Assembly: GCA_965249525.1 (NCBI GenBank)
Contig: OZ252237.1
Location: forward strand, 1,156,443 to 1,220,442
Source: a bacterium
Lineage (GTDB): Bacteria > SAR324 > JACQKK01
DNA length: 64,000 bases
Direction of reading: 5' to 3'
Shown: piece after piece, positions 44,696 through 54,756 of the stretch
Layout of the letters: each line of letters starts with the position of its first letter
Position numbering within the stretch: the stretch's first letter is position 1
The notes under the pieces: generated by a model
Seen by the model: only the letters and a program-made list of their open reading frames with translations
What the model was told of the DNA's origin: nothing
Databases searched by the model: none
Position numbers and translations under genes: made by a program

Positions 44696-47203
44696 TTGAT
44701 TGCAAACAGCAGTCTGGCTAAGGATGGGAGACGGGATGTGTACGCTGAGAAGCAACGGATTTTTTTGATAGCAAGCTTGAAAAAACAGTGGAGAGCTGAG
44801 TATGCAAGCACCGCTGCTTGGGTGCTGCTGTTGGCGGGTTGTTGTATCTGGTGGCGGATTTTTGTTGACAGACTTCCTGCGGGGTGGGTTTGGGGTCTAG
44901 AAAAGGACCTCATAGAGGCTTTATTCGGTTGGAATTATTTTGGTCGTTGGATAGACTGGCTGCCGTTTCCACAGCTGCTGCCTGGTGGGGATGTGCACAG
45001 CTATCCCTACCAGGGGGGAGGGCTGGTGCAGCCTTGGGTATTTGAACTGTCTTTGTTCATGTCTCTGGCACAGCAATGGCAGGTGGGCGGAGGTTGGCTG
45101 GTGTACTATGCGGTGTTCAGCGTGTTGGCGGGCTGTTTGGGAAGTTTTTGGCTGCTGCGGGGGGCCTATGGAGAACAGCGTGCTGGTTGGTTTGCTTTAC
45201 TGGTTACGGTTTTCAATTTTTATATTGGCTTCAAGCAGAATGTCCATTTGAACACTGGCTTTTACCACTGGCTGCTGTTGGGGGTGGTGGTGGATTTTCT
45301 GTTGTTTCGACAGCTGGTAAGAGAAAGACGGCTGCATTTGCCCTTGGTGATGCTGCGGGGGCTGCTGCTGCTGCTGGGGCTGGGACATGCCCTGGAATAT
45401 GTAGCAGCAATGAATGTTACTTCGTTGGTGCTGGTGCTGATATTTGGACTGGGCTGGGTGTGGCGTCAACAATGGCTGGCAGCGGGCAGTTGGTGGCAGT
45501 TGGCGGGGCGAGCCTGGCGGGACGCCTGGAGGCAGTGGCGGGAGATGCCCTGGAGGCATGGTCTCTTGTTGGCGGGCATGCTGCTGGTGGGTTGGTTGTA
45601 TGTGCCCTTGGTGCTGCAGTTATTGCAGGCTATTCCGTCCTCGGATCTGGAAACTGATCATTATCGTATTTTCTGGTTTGCCAACCCGCTGCGGATACTG
45701 CTGCCATATCTGCAGGGGAGTTTCTCTTTGGAATTGCTTGATCTCAGGGAGCATCCCTTCAGTGGCACTGCTGGCTGGAGCTTGTTGTCGCTGGGGGTGC
45801 TGGGGTGGCTGGCAGCCATAAGAAGCCGCAGGCGGGCGGGGATGTCTGCGCCAGCAGCGATGCCTGCACCACATGCCCCTGCCTGGGTCTGGCTGCTTCC
45901 TAGTGCGGTGTTGTTGGGACTGCTGGTATTCAATATCCCGCGGCTGCTGCCCACGCTGCAGATCTTTCCTTGGCATCATTTTTCACGGGTGGGAGGACGG
46001 GGAACCTTGCTTTATCCTGTGCTGCTGCTGCTGCCTGCCTTGGAGATCAAACGCTGGCAGGTTCCCAAGTGGTTTTGGGCTGCCTGGCTGGTGGTGGGCG
46101 GTTTGGAATTGCACACCTTCACCCGCATTCTTCCTGAGCGTTCACCTGCCGCAGCCGATGGGCAGAAAGTGCTGGCGTACAGTGCTTTTGTCCAGCAGCA
46201 GCCAGGGGAAGCCATCTTTGAGTGGCCGTTTTGTCTGCACAGACGCGGCTTTCGTGAATTATGCCCCCTTGATTTCTGGGCAGAGGACATTGGCTTCTTG
46301 CGAATGTATCATGGCAAGAAGGGTCTGGCTGGGGTTTGGAGTGTATGGCCTAGCATAGATCTGATGGAAGCTTTAAAGATACAGGGCTGGCCGCATCTGC
46401 TACTGCCAGAAGCCCGTCAATGGGGAGAGTATAAAGAACCACGCCGTCAACAACGCTGCTTGCAAGAACACGAATACCGATTTCTGGAACGCCATTTGGC
46501 GCAGCACGATTTTGCTGGCATTCAAGTGCAAGAAGACTTGCTGGCACCTGGCTGTGCAGCGGAGTTTTACCGTCGTTTTGGACAGCCAACCGCACGCCTG
46601 CTGGCCAATCGCCACAAGCCCACACAGCTGAGTTTTGTGCCTCTGGATGACAGCTGGCGCCAACGGCATCAAAAGGATGCCCAGAGCGACCCTCCGCTGA
46701 TTTTATTTGAAGCCCCCCTGGCTGATTTTGTAGCCTTGGAACGCCCCTACGGGCTTAGCTTCAAAGGACTGAAGTTTCGCGCAAAACGTACAGGTACATA
46801 CCGCAGCATCGGGCGCGAACGCTACTCCTTGGGGAAAGTAACCCAGCTGCGCTGGCATGCAGCACAAGCTGGTCAAGTACAACTGCATGCCGAACTGGAA
46901 AGCCTGTATCAAAACCAGCAGGTGCGCCTGATATGCAACCATACGCCGCTAGGGCAGTGGGGGCCGCTTGCCAAGGGGCAACAGCTGCGCATCCAACAGA
47001 CTTGCCCCACCTCAGCAGGTCTCAACGAATTGCACCTAGAATACACCGTACAGGGAGGAAACAATCTGTGGATAGCTGTCCAGAAGCAGCTGTTTGAGGA
47101 GGGTTTAAGCGGCTTGTCACAAAGCAAATTGCAGCAGGCGCATCAACGTTATCTGGCATCAGCCGTGCGCTTCACCAGACTGCAATTAAAAAACCTCCCC
47201 TAG
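44696..47203 (+). CDS. Large polytopic membrane protein, copy 2 (paralogue of 42106..44604)
   Basis: 835 aa, colinear with copy 1. Differences cluster at SAPAPQASAWVW vs SAPAAMPAPHAPAWVW and NIWPAGHLMEAL vs SVWPSIDLMEAL. Confidence 0.65.
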   Translation: MIANSSLAKDGRRDVYAEKQRIFLIASLKKQWRAEYASTAAWVLLLAGCCIWWRIFVDRLPAGWVWGLEKDLIEALFGWNYFGRWIDWLPFPQLLPGGDVHSYPYQGGGLVQPWVFELSLFMSLAQQWQVGGGWLVYYAVFSVLAGCLGSFWLLRGAYGEQRAGWFALLVTVFNFYIGFKQNVHLNTGFYHWLLLGVVVDFLLFRQLVRERRLHLPLVMLRGLLLLLGLGHALEYVAAMNVTSLVLVLIFGLGWVWRQQWLAAGSWWQLAGRAWRDAWRQWREMPWRHGLLLAGMLLVGWLYVPLVLQLLQAIPSSDLETDHYRIFWFANPLRILLPYLQGSFSLELLDLREHPFSGTAGWSLLSLGVLGWLAAIRSRRRAGMSAPAAMPAPHAPAWVWLLPSAVLLGLLVFNIPRLLPTLQIFPWHHFSRVGGRGTLLYPVLLLLPALEIKRWQVPKWFWAAWLVVGGLELHTFTRILPERSPAAADGQKVLAYSAFVQQQPGEAIFEWPFCLHRRGFRELCPLDFWAEDIGFLRMYHGKKGLAGVWSVWPSIDLMEALKIQGWPHLLLPEARQWGEYKEPRRQQRCLQEHEYRFLERHLAQHDFAGIQVQEDLLAPGCAAEFYRRFGQPTARLLANRHKPTQLSFVPLDDSWRQRHQKDAQSDPPLILFEAPLADFVALERPYGLSFKGLKFRAKRTGTYRSIGRERYSLGKVTQLRWHAAQAGQVQLHAELESLYQNQQVRLICNHTPLGQWGPLAKGQQLRIQQTCPTSAGLNELHLEYTVQGGNNLWIAVQKQLFEEGLSGLSQSKLQQAHQRYLASAVRFTRLQLKNLP

Positions 47204-47252
47204 CACACCCTCTATGGCTGGGCATACCAAACAACTCGTCTCCTGATGTGGT

Positions 47253-47960
47253 TCATGAGCAGAGCGTCTCCGCCTTCAACAATCGCAGCACCAGAGACAT
47301 CAAACTGGGCGGGAGTTGACCAACAGCAAAGAAGTCTGTAATGGCAGCCTCAAACGGCAAGATGCAGGCATTCACTGTAAGCCCGCAGCTGTGCACCTGT
47401 TCCAGCAGGGTGTGTTCTGTGGAATGCGGCGGGTATGGGGGTTGAAACTGCTGCAAAGAGACTTGGTTAAACACCACTTGCGCCAAAGGGGCAGCTGGTT
47501 CTCTTTGCTTGAGCTGCCGCTTGACCAAGGCCGCCAGCCAGGTGAGAGTCCACACATCAGGCAGTGCCGCACGACAAGGTATCAGCAGCAGATCTGCCAC
47601 ACCCACAATACTCTCTGTCAGCGCAGAAAGCCCCGGGGGTCCGTCTATCACTACCCAATCCACATCCGTTCTGCTGCCTAGTTCCACATGCATCTCTGGC
47701 AGAGGCAGTGCTGCTAACTCAATCCCTGCAGGCAACCCGTGCATGGCACACCAATCGCTGCTGGTGGCTTGAGGATCCGCATCCACCAACAGCACCCTGG
47801 CATCGTCTTGCTGCAAAGCCATTGCAGTCAGCAAAGACAAGGTACTCTTGCCCACCCCGCCCTTTTGATGTAAAAAACCCACCACCCCCGCCCTGTACTC
47901 AGGACACCAAGAGATTCCCTGCCTCCCCGCACGAACAGCATGCTTACTGATGGGCTTCAT
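47253..47960 (-). CDS. ParA/MinD-family P-loop ATPase (orphan)
   Basis: Deviant Walker A HQKGGVGKST and LLVDADPQAT. Confidence 0.8.
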   Translation of the reverse strand: MKPISKHAVRAGRQGISWCPEYRAGVVGFLHQKGGVGKSTLSLLTAMALQQDDARVLLVDADPQATSSDWCAMHGLPAGIELAALPLPEMHVELGSRTDVDWVVIDGPPGLSALTESIVGVADLLLIPCRAALPDVWTLTWLAALVKRQLKQREPAAPLAQVVFNQVSLQQFQPPYPPHSTEHTLLEQVHSCGLTVNACILPFEAAITDFFAVGQLPPSLMSLVLRLLKAETLCS

Positions 47961-47981
47961 CGCTGATCCCTGCTGCTGCAG

Positions 47982-48308
47982 TTATTCTTGGTCTTTATCG
48001 CTGACAAAAAGATATCTTTGGGCAGCATCCCCGCTGTCCTCACTATGCCCTTCAGCCAGGTGCTCCAACTCTGCAGTCATTTCACCAGCTGGAGTACCCG
48101 CAATAACATAACGATTGTCCGCCCAGTCGCCCAAGTCTATTTGTTTGCAACGTTCTGAACAGAAAGGTTTATGGGGATTGCCACCCCAGATAGACACCTG
48201 ACCACAACGGGGACAAGGAACTTGCAGCAGCGCATCGTCTGATGTTTGCTGCTGGCTACCAGCAACTGGCTTGCCGACTGCTGCTTGGGAAGGTTTGTTC
48301 TGCTTCAT
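47982..48308 (-). CDS. yacG: DNA gyrase inhibitor YacG (zinc finger) with extended termini
   Basis: CPRCGQ...PFCSERCKQIDLGDWA. ATG at 48308 preferred; the track ORF extends to GTG at 48374. Confidence 0.8.
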   Translation of the reverse strand: MKQNKPSQAAVGKPVAGSQQQTSDDALLQVPCPRCGQVSIWGGNPHKPFCSERCKQIDLGDWADNRYVIAGTPAGEMTAELEHLAEGHSEDSGDAAQRYLFVSDKDQE

Positions 48309-48350
48309 GATTGCCCGATGATTGCCCGATGATTGCCTGATGATTGCCTG
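48307..48350. repeat. 11-bp tandem repeat x4 (ATGATTGCCYG) at or upstream of the yacG start
   Basis: Direct reading. Confidence 0.9.
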
Positions 48351-48577
48351 CATATGCTGTAAAGAAATCCGCACTGCCCCTACCAGCAGTGGTGCTTCAT
48401 GATACTAAAAATACCCCATATCACAGGCAAATTCAAAATAGCAATCCAGGTTGAAGTCTGCTGGAGCTTTTTTTTATAAAAAAAATAGTGTTTTGAACAA
48501 ATTTTTTTTGACTTTAGTTTTTTATTGCGATAGATTGAACCTAAGAAACAAGTGGGATGTGCTTATATCCCTTTTTT

Positions 48578-48653
48578 TAGTATCTTTTCAGTACCTTTTT
48601 TCAGTACCTTTTTTCAGTACCTTTTTTCAATACTTTTTTTCAGTACCTTATTT
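48578..48653. repeat. 13-bp tandem repeat x~6 (CAGTACCTTTTTT)
   Basis: Direct reading. Ends 17 bp before ATG 48670. Confidence 0.9.
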
Positions 48654-48669
48654 TCAGCAGAGTTGCAGC

Positions 48670-49173
48670 ATGGAAGCTATCCAAACAAAGCAAATAACCG
48701 CAGACCAGCACAAGAAAACGCCAGCCTCACAGAGCCACAGGCACGGGAAGCAGCAGCTTCCAAGCAAGACAAGTGGTTGCGAACAGAATATAGACCCCTG
48801 GCGCAATCCTGCCCATGTGCTGTCTCCACCGCGGCACTGGATAGAAAATCTGCGCAGCGGTCACTGGCCCTGGATGATGTTTCGTTTTGCCTACAAAAAT
48901 CTGCTGAGCAGTCGCTGGAATGCAGAACCCCAACGCTTTGTCCACTTGCTGCCCCGCCCCAGAAGACCCTTGCCTGCCTTGGTGTGTGGCTGTGGATATC
49001 CCCATCACTGTCATGTTGCTTTGGCTTTAGAATTTCTGCAAGACTTGTTTCAGTCGCAGCAAGCCCTTGAATGCCGTGTGCAAGCTGTCCCTGCGCCCTT
49101 GAATCCCGCACCAGATTTGCATACCATCCTAGCCACGCTTGCCGAATCCCCCACAGCATCCTCTGCAGACTAA
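48670..49173 (+). CDS. Hypothetical protein, possible SWIM-like zinc finger
   Basis: Internal ATG of track ORF 48451..49173. LVCGCGYPHHCHVALALEFL loosely resembles CxCxnCxH. A weak hairpin plus T-rich tract lies downstream. Overlapping ORFs on the other strand make this uncertain. Confidence 0.35.
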   Translation: MEAIQTKQITADQHKKTPASQSHRHGKQQLPSKTSGCEQNIDPWRNPAHVLSPPRHWIENLRSGHWPWMMFRFAYKNLLSSRWNAEPQRFVHLLPRPRRPLPALVCGCGYPHHCHVALALEFLQDLFQSQQALECRVQAVPAPLNPAPDLHTILATLAESPTASSAD

Positions 49174-49224
49174 TTCTTGATAAAGGACTCTGCTGAGAAA
49201 CCCCTAGCGCTTCTGAGCCCAGGG

Positions 49225-49260
49225 GGCGTGTTTTTACATAGGACGCACGCCTTATTTATT
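49225..49260 (+). terminator. Weak intrinsic terminator candidate
   Basis: GGCGTG (49225-49230) pairs with CACGCC (49246-49251) across a 15-nt loop, followed by TTATTTATT. Confidence 0.3.
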
Positions 49261-49446
49261 GAAAAATCCTTACAGCCAGCAAGCCCTGCTGCTTTACTAG
49301 ACACAACCAAACAATAATCAAGAACTGCTTGCCATAAACAATTGTATCCTTTATAGTGTTAAATGATTGTTTATTAACAACACCTTCAAGCGCTGGTAGC
49401 AACGGCGCTGAGCTCATTTTTGAAATCTTGCAGATAAACGGCTTGC

Positions 49447-50769
49447 ATGTGCACTACCCCTGAGACCATAACCAGCGGCAAATTGATGGGAGCCATGCCT
49501 TTCACTGTTTACCGCTTGGCAAATGGGATGGTGGTGGCCTTGCTGCAGAACCACATCAGCTCGGTTGCTTCCTGCTTGCTGCATTATCGCGTGGGAAGTA
49601 CATCTGAGAGGGATGGTAAACGGGGTTTGGCGCATTTTTTTGAACACATGATGTTCCGTGAGACCAACACGCTGGCTGACGGTGATTTTGACCGCATCGT
49701 GTCAGAGTTAGGCGGGGTGGGATTGAATGCCTTTACCAGCTATGACACCACGGCTTATCATGTCAGTGTATCCACGCCCCAACTGGAAAAAATACTGCAT
49801 TTAGAAGCAGAGCGCATGGTGCGTCTGCAGCTGAGTGATGAGCAAATTGAAGCAGAACGGGGTGCGGTGTTGGGGGAAATTCTCATGTACCAAGACATGC
49901 CCTCTGAGCAATTAGCCAATCGCATGATGGCAGAAGCCTTCCAACAGCATGCCTATCAGTATCCGATTATTGGTTACTATGACCAAGTGGCAGCTTTTGG
50001 ACGGAAAGATTTTGAAGATTTTTACCAGCGTCACTATGCACCCAATCAGGCTGTGTTGGTGGTGGCAGGTGGTTTTGATGAACAACAAGTACTCAGATGG
50101 GCAAATGATGCTTTTGGAGCATTGCCTGCGGGCACACAGCAGTCGGAATCCCAGGTGCAGGATGCGCCCTGGGAGAAATCACGGCAGATAGAGTTGCGTC
50201 ATTCCAAAGTACAGACCGAGACCTTGCTCATTAGCTGGCGTTCTTCTGGGGTGCAGCACCCAGATTACCCAACCCTGATACTCATGACTTGCTGGCTAAG
50301 TGTAGGAAGCGCCTCCCCGCTGTATCAAGAATTGGTACGCGGAGGCTTGGCGGCATATTATTCCTTCTCGCTGCAAGAACAAGACCTGCTTTTGTGCGAC
50401 CCCGCCCTGATTATAATGGAAGCAGGACTCAACCCTGGCATCTCTTGTGAACAAGTCGAAGAAGCCTTTCAACAATTGCTGAAGAAACTTGCCCAAAACC
50501 CTCCTCCAGAAGCAGACATGCTGCGAGCACTTAACCAACTGCGACTGGGAATATATTCTGTGCTAGAACACAACATGCACATGGCTAGAATGCTGGGAGG
50601 CGGCTTGATCACCTGCAATGACCCTTTGCACGGGGAAAAAATCTTGCAGCAAGTAGAACGCACCACCGCAGCTGACTTACAACAAATCTTAAACACCTGG
50701 CTGCTGCAAGCTCCCCATTTGTGTCTACGACAACGTCCCGAAACTCCCGCTGCTGCAAGCCCCTCTTAA
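49447..50769 (+). CDS. M16 family zinc peptidase (active subunit)
   Basis: HFFEHMMF (inverted HxxEH zinc motif) with a downstream Glu. Alternative starts at 49486 and 49495. Confidence 0.85.
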   Translation: MCTTPETITSGKLMGAMPFTVYRLANGMVVALLQNHISSVASCLLHYRVGSTSERDGKRGLAHFFEHMMFRETNTLADGDFDRIVSELGGVGLNAFTSYDTTAYHVSVSTPQLEKILHLEAERMVRLQLSDEQIEAERGAVLGEILMYQDMPSEQLANRMMAEAFQQHAYQYPIIGYYDQVAAFGRKDFEDFYQRHYAPNQAVLVVAGGFDEQQVLRWANDAFGALPAGTQQSESQVQDAPWEKSRQIELRHSKVQTETLLISWRSSGVQHPDYPTLILMTCWLSVGSASPLYQELVRGGLAAYYSFSLQEQDLLLCDPALIIMEAGLNPGISCEQVEEAFQQLLKKLAQNPPPEADMLRALNQLRLGIYSVLEHNMHMARMLGGGLITCNDPLHGEKILQQVERTTAADLQQILNTWLLQAPHLCLRQRPETPAAASPS

Positions 50770-50792
50770 AGCCCCTAAGGAAATCCTTACCT

Positions 50793-52109
50793 ATGGACAT
50801 TCTTCATCAGCATATCCCCAGCCGTATTTCCCAAATCTATGTGATCTTGCCACGCACCGGCTACTCCCTTGATCCCGCCTCTCGCTGCGGACTCACCAGA
50901 TTAATGCTGCGCATGCTGGAACAAGGCGCAGCAGGGCTTAGCTCGCAGGCATTCAGCAGCCAATTAGAACAACTGGGGGCCGACATCAGCCATTCTCTGA
51001 CTTGTGACCATATTTCCCTGTGCCTCAGCACGTTGACAGAAAACCTAGAACCTGCTGTAAAGCTGTTCACCCAAGCCCTGCTGCAGCCCAACTTCGCTAA
51101 AGAAAGCCTTGAACAAATCAGACTAGAAATGATGAGTACCTGGATCATAGAACGCCAAGAATCCAAACGGCTGCGCGCCACAGAAATGTTCTTCCAATGC
51201 CTGCACCAAGACCGTCCCCAGGGCAACTCTTCCCACGGAGACCCCCAAGGAATGAAAAATATCTCCATGCAAGATGTCCACAGGCAGTACCAAAAACTGT
51301 TCGCTGCCAAAGGAACCTTCTTTGCTACCATCTCCAGCCTGCCCCAAGAAAAAATCGCAACCCTGCTGCAACCACTGCAAGCCCTGGAATCCTCACAACC
51401 ATTGCCAGAACACCCCTGGGACAACTACCAGCCCCTCACCCCTCCAGGCCGCCGAGTAACCATCGTCCCCGATAACAACACCAACACCGATGAAATCTTG
51501 CTGGGCCGCTTCGGTGCAGTCCAAACCGCATCAAATTGGTACATCCATCAATTAGCCGACCTGGTGCTGGGCGGCGATATGGCCTCACGTTTATTCCATG
51601 AAATCCGCAGCCAGCGCGGCTACTCCTACGGTGCCAGCTGTCGACACGACCACCTCAGCGGAAACACCCCCAAAAACACCCGTCTTCCTTTCTTCATTTA
51701 TACCTTCCCCAGCGGCGAACACACCGCAAACACCCTCTCATTGGCACTCAACCTTTATGAAAACTTCGTAAAAAAAGGCATCACAGAAAAAGAACTGAAC
51801 CGCACCCGCAAATACCTGATCCATTCCTATCCTTTCAAAAAAGACACCCCCAAAAAACAGCTCGGCTGGCGCATTGGGCATAAACTCTACGGCATCCAGC
51901 TGCCATCTGCAGCAGAACACCACCAACGGCTGCAAGACCTCAGCGTTGCAGATGTATTAAAAGCGCTGCAAAGCAGCCACGATGTTTCTGCCATGGAAAT
52001 TGTACTACTGGGAGACCCCAAACGACTGCGCAAAGCCATAGATTGCATCCCCCCACCAGAACACATACGCACCATAGAGTATCCTAAACAGACCACCATT
52101 GCAGCCTAA
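50793..52109 (+). CDS. M16 family peptidase, non-catalytic partner subunit
   Basis: Same fold pattern, ~440 aa, without HxxEH. Immediately downstream of the active subunit. Confidence 0.7.
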   Translation: MDILHQHIPSRISQIYVILPRTGYSLDPASRCGLTRLMLRMLEQGAAGLSSQAFSSQLEQLGADISHSLTCDHISLCLSTLTENLEPAVKLFTQALLQPNFAKESLEQIRLEMMSTWIIERQESKRLRATEMFFQCLHQDRPQGNSSHGDPQGMKNISMQDVHRQYQKLFAAKGTFFATISSLPQEKIATLLQPLQALESSQPLPEHPWDNYQPLTPPGRRVTIVPDNNTNTDEILLGRFGAVQTASNWYIHQLADLVLGGDMASRLFHEIRSQRGYSYGASCRHDHLSGNTPKNTRLPFFIYTFPSGEHTANTLSLALNLYENFVKKGITEKELNRTRKYLIHSYPFKKDTPKKQLGWRIGHKLYGIQLPSAAEHHQRLQDLSVADVLKALQSSHDVSAMEIVLLGDPKRLRKAIDCIPPPEHIRTIEYPKQTTIAA

Positions 52110-52175
52110 ACATTTTTCTGGCAAGCTTAACCAAGCCACAAGCCCTGCAAGCCCTACAAAAATATAGCTAAACTT

Positions 52176-53675
52176 ATGAGCAATGAACTCTATCACTTCG
52201 TTCAAGGCGAACCCCAGCAAGGCATCAGCCAGCGCTTTGGCGAGGTCATGAATCCCACCGAAGGCAGCCTGCGCTTTAAGCTGCCGCTGGCCAACACCAA
52301 AGAAATTGAAGCTGCCATTCAGCTTGCTGACAAGGCTTTTGTAGCCTGGGCGCAATTATCGGTACTCAAACGCTCTCGGGTGTTTTTTCGCTGGCTGCGT
52401 TTGCTGGAAGAACACACCGAAGAACTGGCACAGCTGATTTGCCTGGAACACGGCAAAGTCATCAACGATGCCCGCGGAGAAGTCCAACGCGGGTTAGAAC
52501 ACGTGGAATTTAGCTGCGGCATACCCCATCTGCTCAAGGGCGAGTTTTCTGATGGAGTCAGCACGGCAGTTGACATGTACTCCATGCGCAAACCATTGGG
52601 CGTAGTGGGCTGCATTACCCCTTTCAATTTCCCGGTGATGGTAGCTTTGTGGATGGTAGCCAACGCTTTGGCATGCGGTAATGCGGTATTACTAAAACCT
52701 TCAGAAAAAGACCCCAGCTCATCCATCAAACTGGCAGAGCTGTTTATTGAAGCTGGCGGTCCGCCGGGCGTGTTTAATGTGCTCAACGGAGACAAAGAAG
52801 CCGTGGATGGACTCTTGCAGCATCCTCTGGTGCGAGCCATTAGTTTTGTAGGCTCCACTCCCATTGCGCGCTATGTCTACACTGAAGCCGCCAAGGGCGG
52901 CAAACGCTGCCAAGCCATGGGTGGAGCAAAAAATCACCTGGTGGTCATGCCAGACGCCGATATGGATGCTGTTGCCAAGGCCCTGATGGGGGCAGGATAC
53001 GGTTCCGCAGGCGAACGCTGTATGGCTATCTCTGTAGCCGTGGCTGCGGGAGCCCAGGTGGCTGAACAAATTAGTGAAGCACTTATGCCCAAGCTGCAAG
53101 CCTTAAAAATCGGACCCTCTCTAGAGGAAAGCTCAGAAATGGGACCCTTGGTCACCGCAGCACATCGCCAACGGGTCTCAGGATACCTAGACCTAGCGGA
53201 AAAAGAAGGCGCCCAGCTGCTGATTGACGGACGTGGCTTTTCCCTCCCCAGCCATCCCCACGGCTTCTTCCTGGGAGGCTCTCTGCTGGATAAAGTCACC
53301 CCCAACATGCAAAGCTACCAAGAAGAAATCTTTGGCCCCGTACTGCAAATCACCCGTGCACAGTCTTTTGAGGAAGCCCTTAAACTACCCAACCAACACC
53401 CCTACGGCAACGGCGCCTCCATCTTTACCAAGGACGGCCGCATTGCCAGGGCCTTCGTCAATCAAGTTCAAGCTGGCATGGTGGGAGTCAACATCCCTAT
53501 CCCAGTGCCACTGGCATTCTACAGCTTTGGAGGCTGGAAAGACTCCGCACTGGGAGACCATAACCAACACGGCATGGAAGGTATCCGCTTCTTTACCAAG
53601 AACAAGGTCGTCACCACACGCTGGCAAGACAACTTTCCCAAGGACTCCCAGTTCTCCATGCCCACCCTCAGCTAA
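52176..53675 (+). CDS. mmsA: CoA-acylating methylmalonate-semialdehyde dehydrogenase
   Basis: 499 aa ALDH. ITPFNFPVMV, LKPSEKDP, GERCMA (catalytic Cys), and an MmsA-type N-terminus. Confidence 0.88.
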   Translation: MSNELYHFVQGEPQQGISQRFGEVMNPTEGSLRFKLPLANTKEIEAAIQLADKAFVAWAQLSVLKRSRVFFRWLRLLEEHTEELAQLICLEHGKVINDARGEVQRGLEHVEFSCGIPHLLKGEFSDGVSTAVDMYSMRKPLGVVGCITPFNFPVMVALWMVANALACGNAVLLKPSEKDPSSSIKLAELFIEAGGPPGVFNVLNGDKEAVDGLLQHPLVRAISFVGSTPIARYVYTEAAKGGKRCQAMGGAKNHLVVMPDADMDAVAKALMGAGYGSAGERCMAISVAVAAGAQVAEQISEALMPKLQALKIGPSLEESSEMGPLVTAAHRQRVSGYLDLAEKEGAQLLIDGRGFSLPSHPHGFFLGGSLLDKVTPNMQSYQEEIFGPVLQITRAQSFEEALKLPNQHPYGNGASIFTKDGRIARAFVNQVQAGMVGVNIPIPVPLAFYSFGGWKDSALGDHNQHGMEGIRFFTKNKVVTTRWQDNFPKDSQFSMPTLS

Positions 53676-53723
53676 CCCCAGTGGGGAATAGGGTGCCAGG
53701 CTCAGCTCTGTGGATCCAGAAAA

Positions 53724-53815
53724 TTAACAGCCAGAGGTTAACAGCCAAGGGTTAACAGCCAAGGGTTAACAGCCAGGGTTAACAGCCAGGGGTTAACAGC
53801 GGGGGTTAAAACAGC
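53724..53815. repeat. 13/14-bp tandem repeat x~7 (GGTTAACAGCCARG) between convergent mmsA and ldcA
   Basis: Direct reading. The last units overlap the ldcA stop codon (53806-53808). Confidence 0.9.
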
Positions 53816-54756
53816 AGGGTGCAGTTTTTTTCGCTGAGAGGGTCAGGTGCGTGGAGGGTGGCAGTGCGACCGAAGGGGAGGCTATGGTTGACATCTCCGT
53901 GTCCTGCAGGAATTTGGTGAACGACGGGGAAGGGGGCGTGCTGGAAGAGGTCTTCCCAGAGTTGTCCCAGCAAACCCGGGGGTTGATCACAGCGTTGGAA
54001 ATTCCCCAGCAAGAGGGCGCCAATGTGCTGCAGTGCGCCTGCTTGTTGGAGCTGGGTAAGCAGGCGATCCAGGCGGTAGGGGGGTTCATCGGTATCCTCC
54101 AGGAAGAGAAAGGCTTGCTCGGTGTGGGGCTGCCAAGGGGTGCCCATGCCGCTGGCCAGTACCGAGAGACAACCGCCGATGAGTTCGCCTTCTAGGTGGT
54201 TGGGGGTGTCCTGAGGCCAGTGAATAATTTGGCAGTTGAGGGAGTAGGTTCGCTGTGGATTGAAGAGCATGTGATGCAGGATGGTGAGGTTTTCGTTGCG
54301 TGCGGGGCTGTTCATCAGCTGAGAGGTAGCCAGGCAAGGGGCGTGGAGGGTGGCGAGGTTGGTGTGTCGCCTCAGCCAGCAGAGGAGGGAGGTGATATCG
54401 CTCATACCGATGACATGCTTAGGCGGAGCATTGTTGAGGGCCTGCTTGTCAAGGTGTGGCAGCATGCGTGCGCTGCCCCAGCCTCCGCGGGTGGCGAAAA
54501 GGGCTTTGATGTCGGGCTGCAGGTAGAGTCGCTGGAAGGCTTGGGCGCGGGCCTGGTCTGGTCCTGCCAGATAGAGATGTCGTGTGGATTCAAGAGGCAG
54601 TTCTGCCCTGAGTCCCCAGGACTTCAAGATTTCAAGGGCTTGCTGGAGGCGTTCTGTGGGTTCGCTGCCTTGGTGAGAAGCAGGAGCAAATAGTACCACA
54701 CGGTCTCCTGGAAGCAGTGGCGAAGGAATGCGGATGGGAGAAGCTGCGGGGTTCAT
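53806..54756 (-). CDS. ldcA: LD-carboxypeptidase (peptidase S66, muramoyl-tetrapeptide carboxypeptidase)
   Basis: GDRVVLFAPAS, ATRGGWGSARMLPHLD, GMSDITSLL (Ser nucleophile). Confidence 0.85.
   Translation of the reverse strand: MNPAASPIRIPSPLLPGDRVVLFAPASHQGSEPTERLQQALEILKSWGLRAELPLESTRHLYLAGPDQARAQAFQRLYLQPDIKALFATRGGWGSARMLPHLDKQALNNAPPKHVIGMSDITSLLCWLRRHTNLATLHAPCLATSQLMNSPARNENLTILHHMLFNPQRTYSLNCQIIHWPQDTPNHLEGELIGGCLSVLASGMGTPWQPHTEQAFLFLEDTDEPPYRLDRLLTQLQQAGALQHIGALLLGNFQRCDQPPGLLGQLWEDLFQHAPFPVVHQIPAGHGDVNHSLPFGRTATLHAPDPLSEKNCTLLF

Larger units (their letters stand above)
42097..47250 (+). repeat. Tandem segmental duplication, 2590-bp period, two near-identical copies
   Basis: AAATAATG at 42097 and at 44687. 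The ORFs and ~50 bp past each stop are colinear, with scattered substitutions and a 9-bp indel. Confidence 0.9.
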
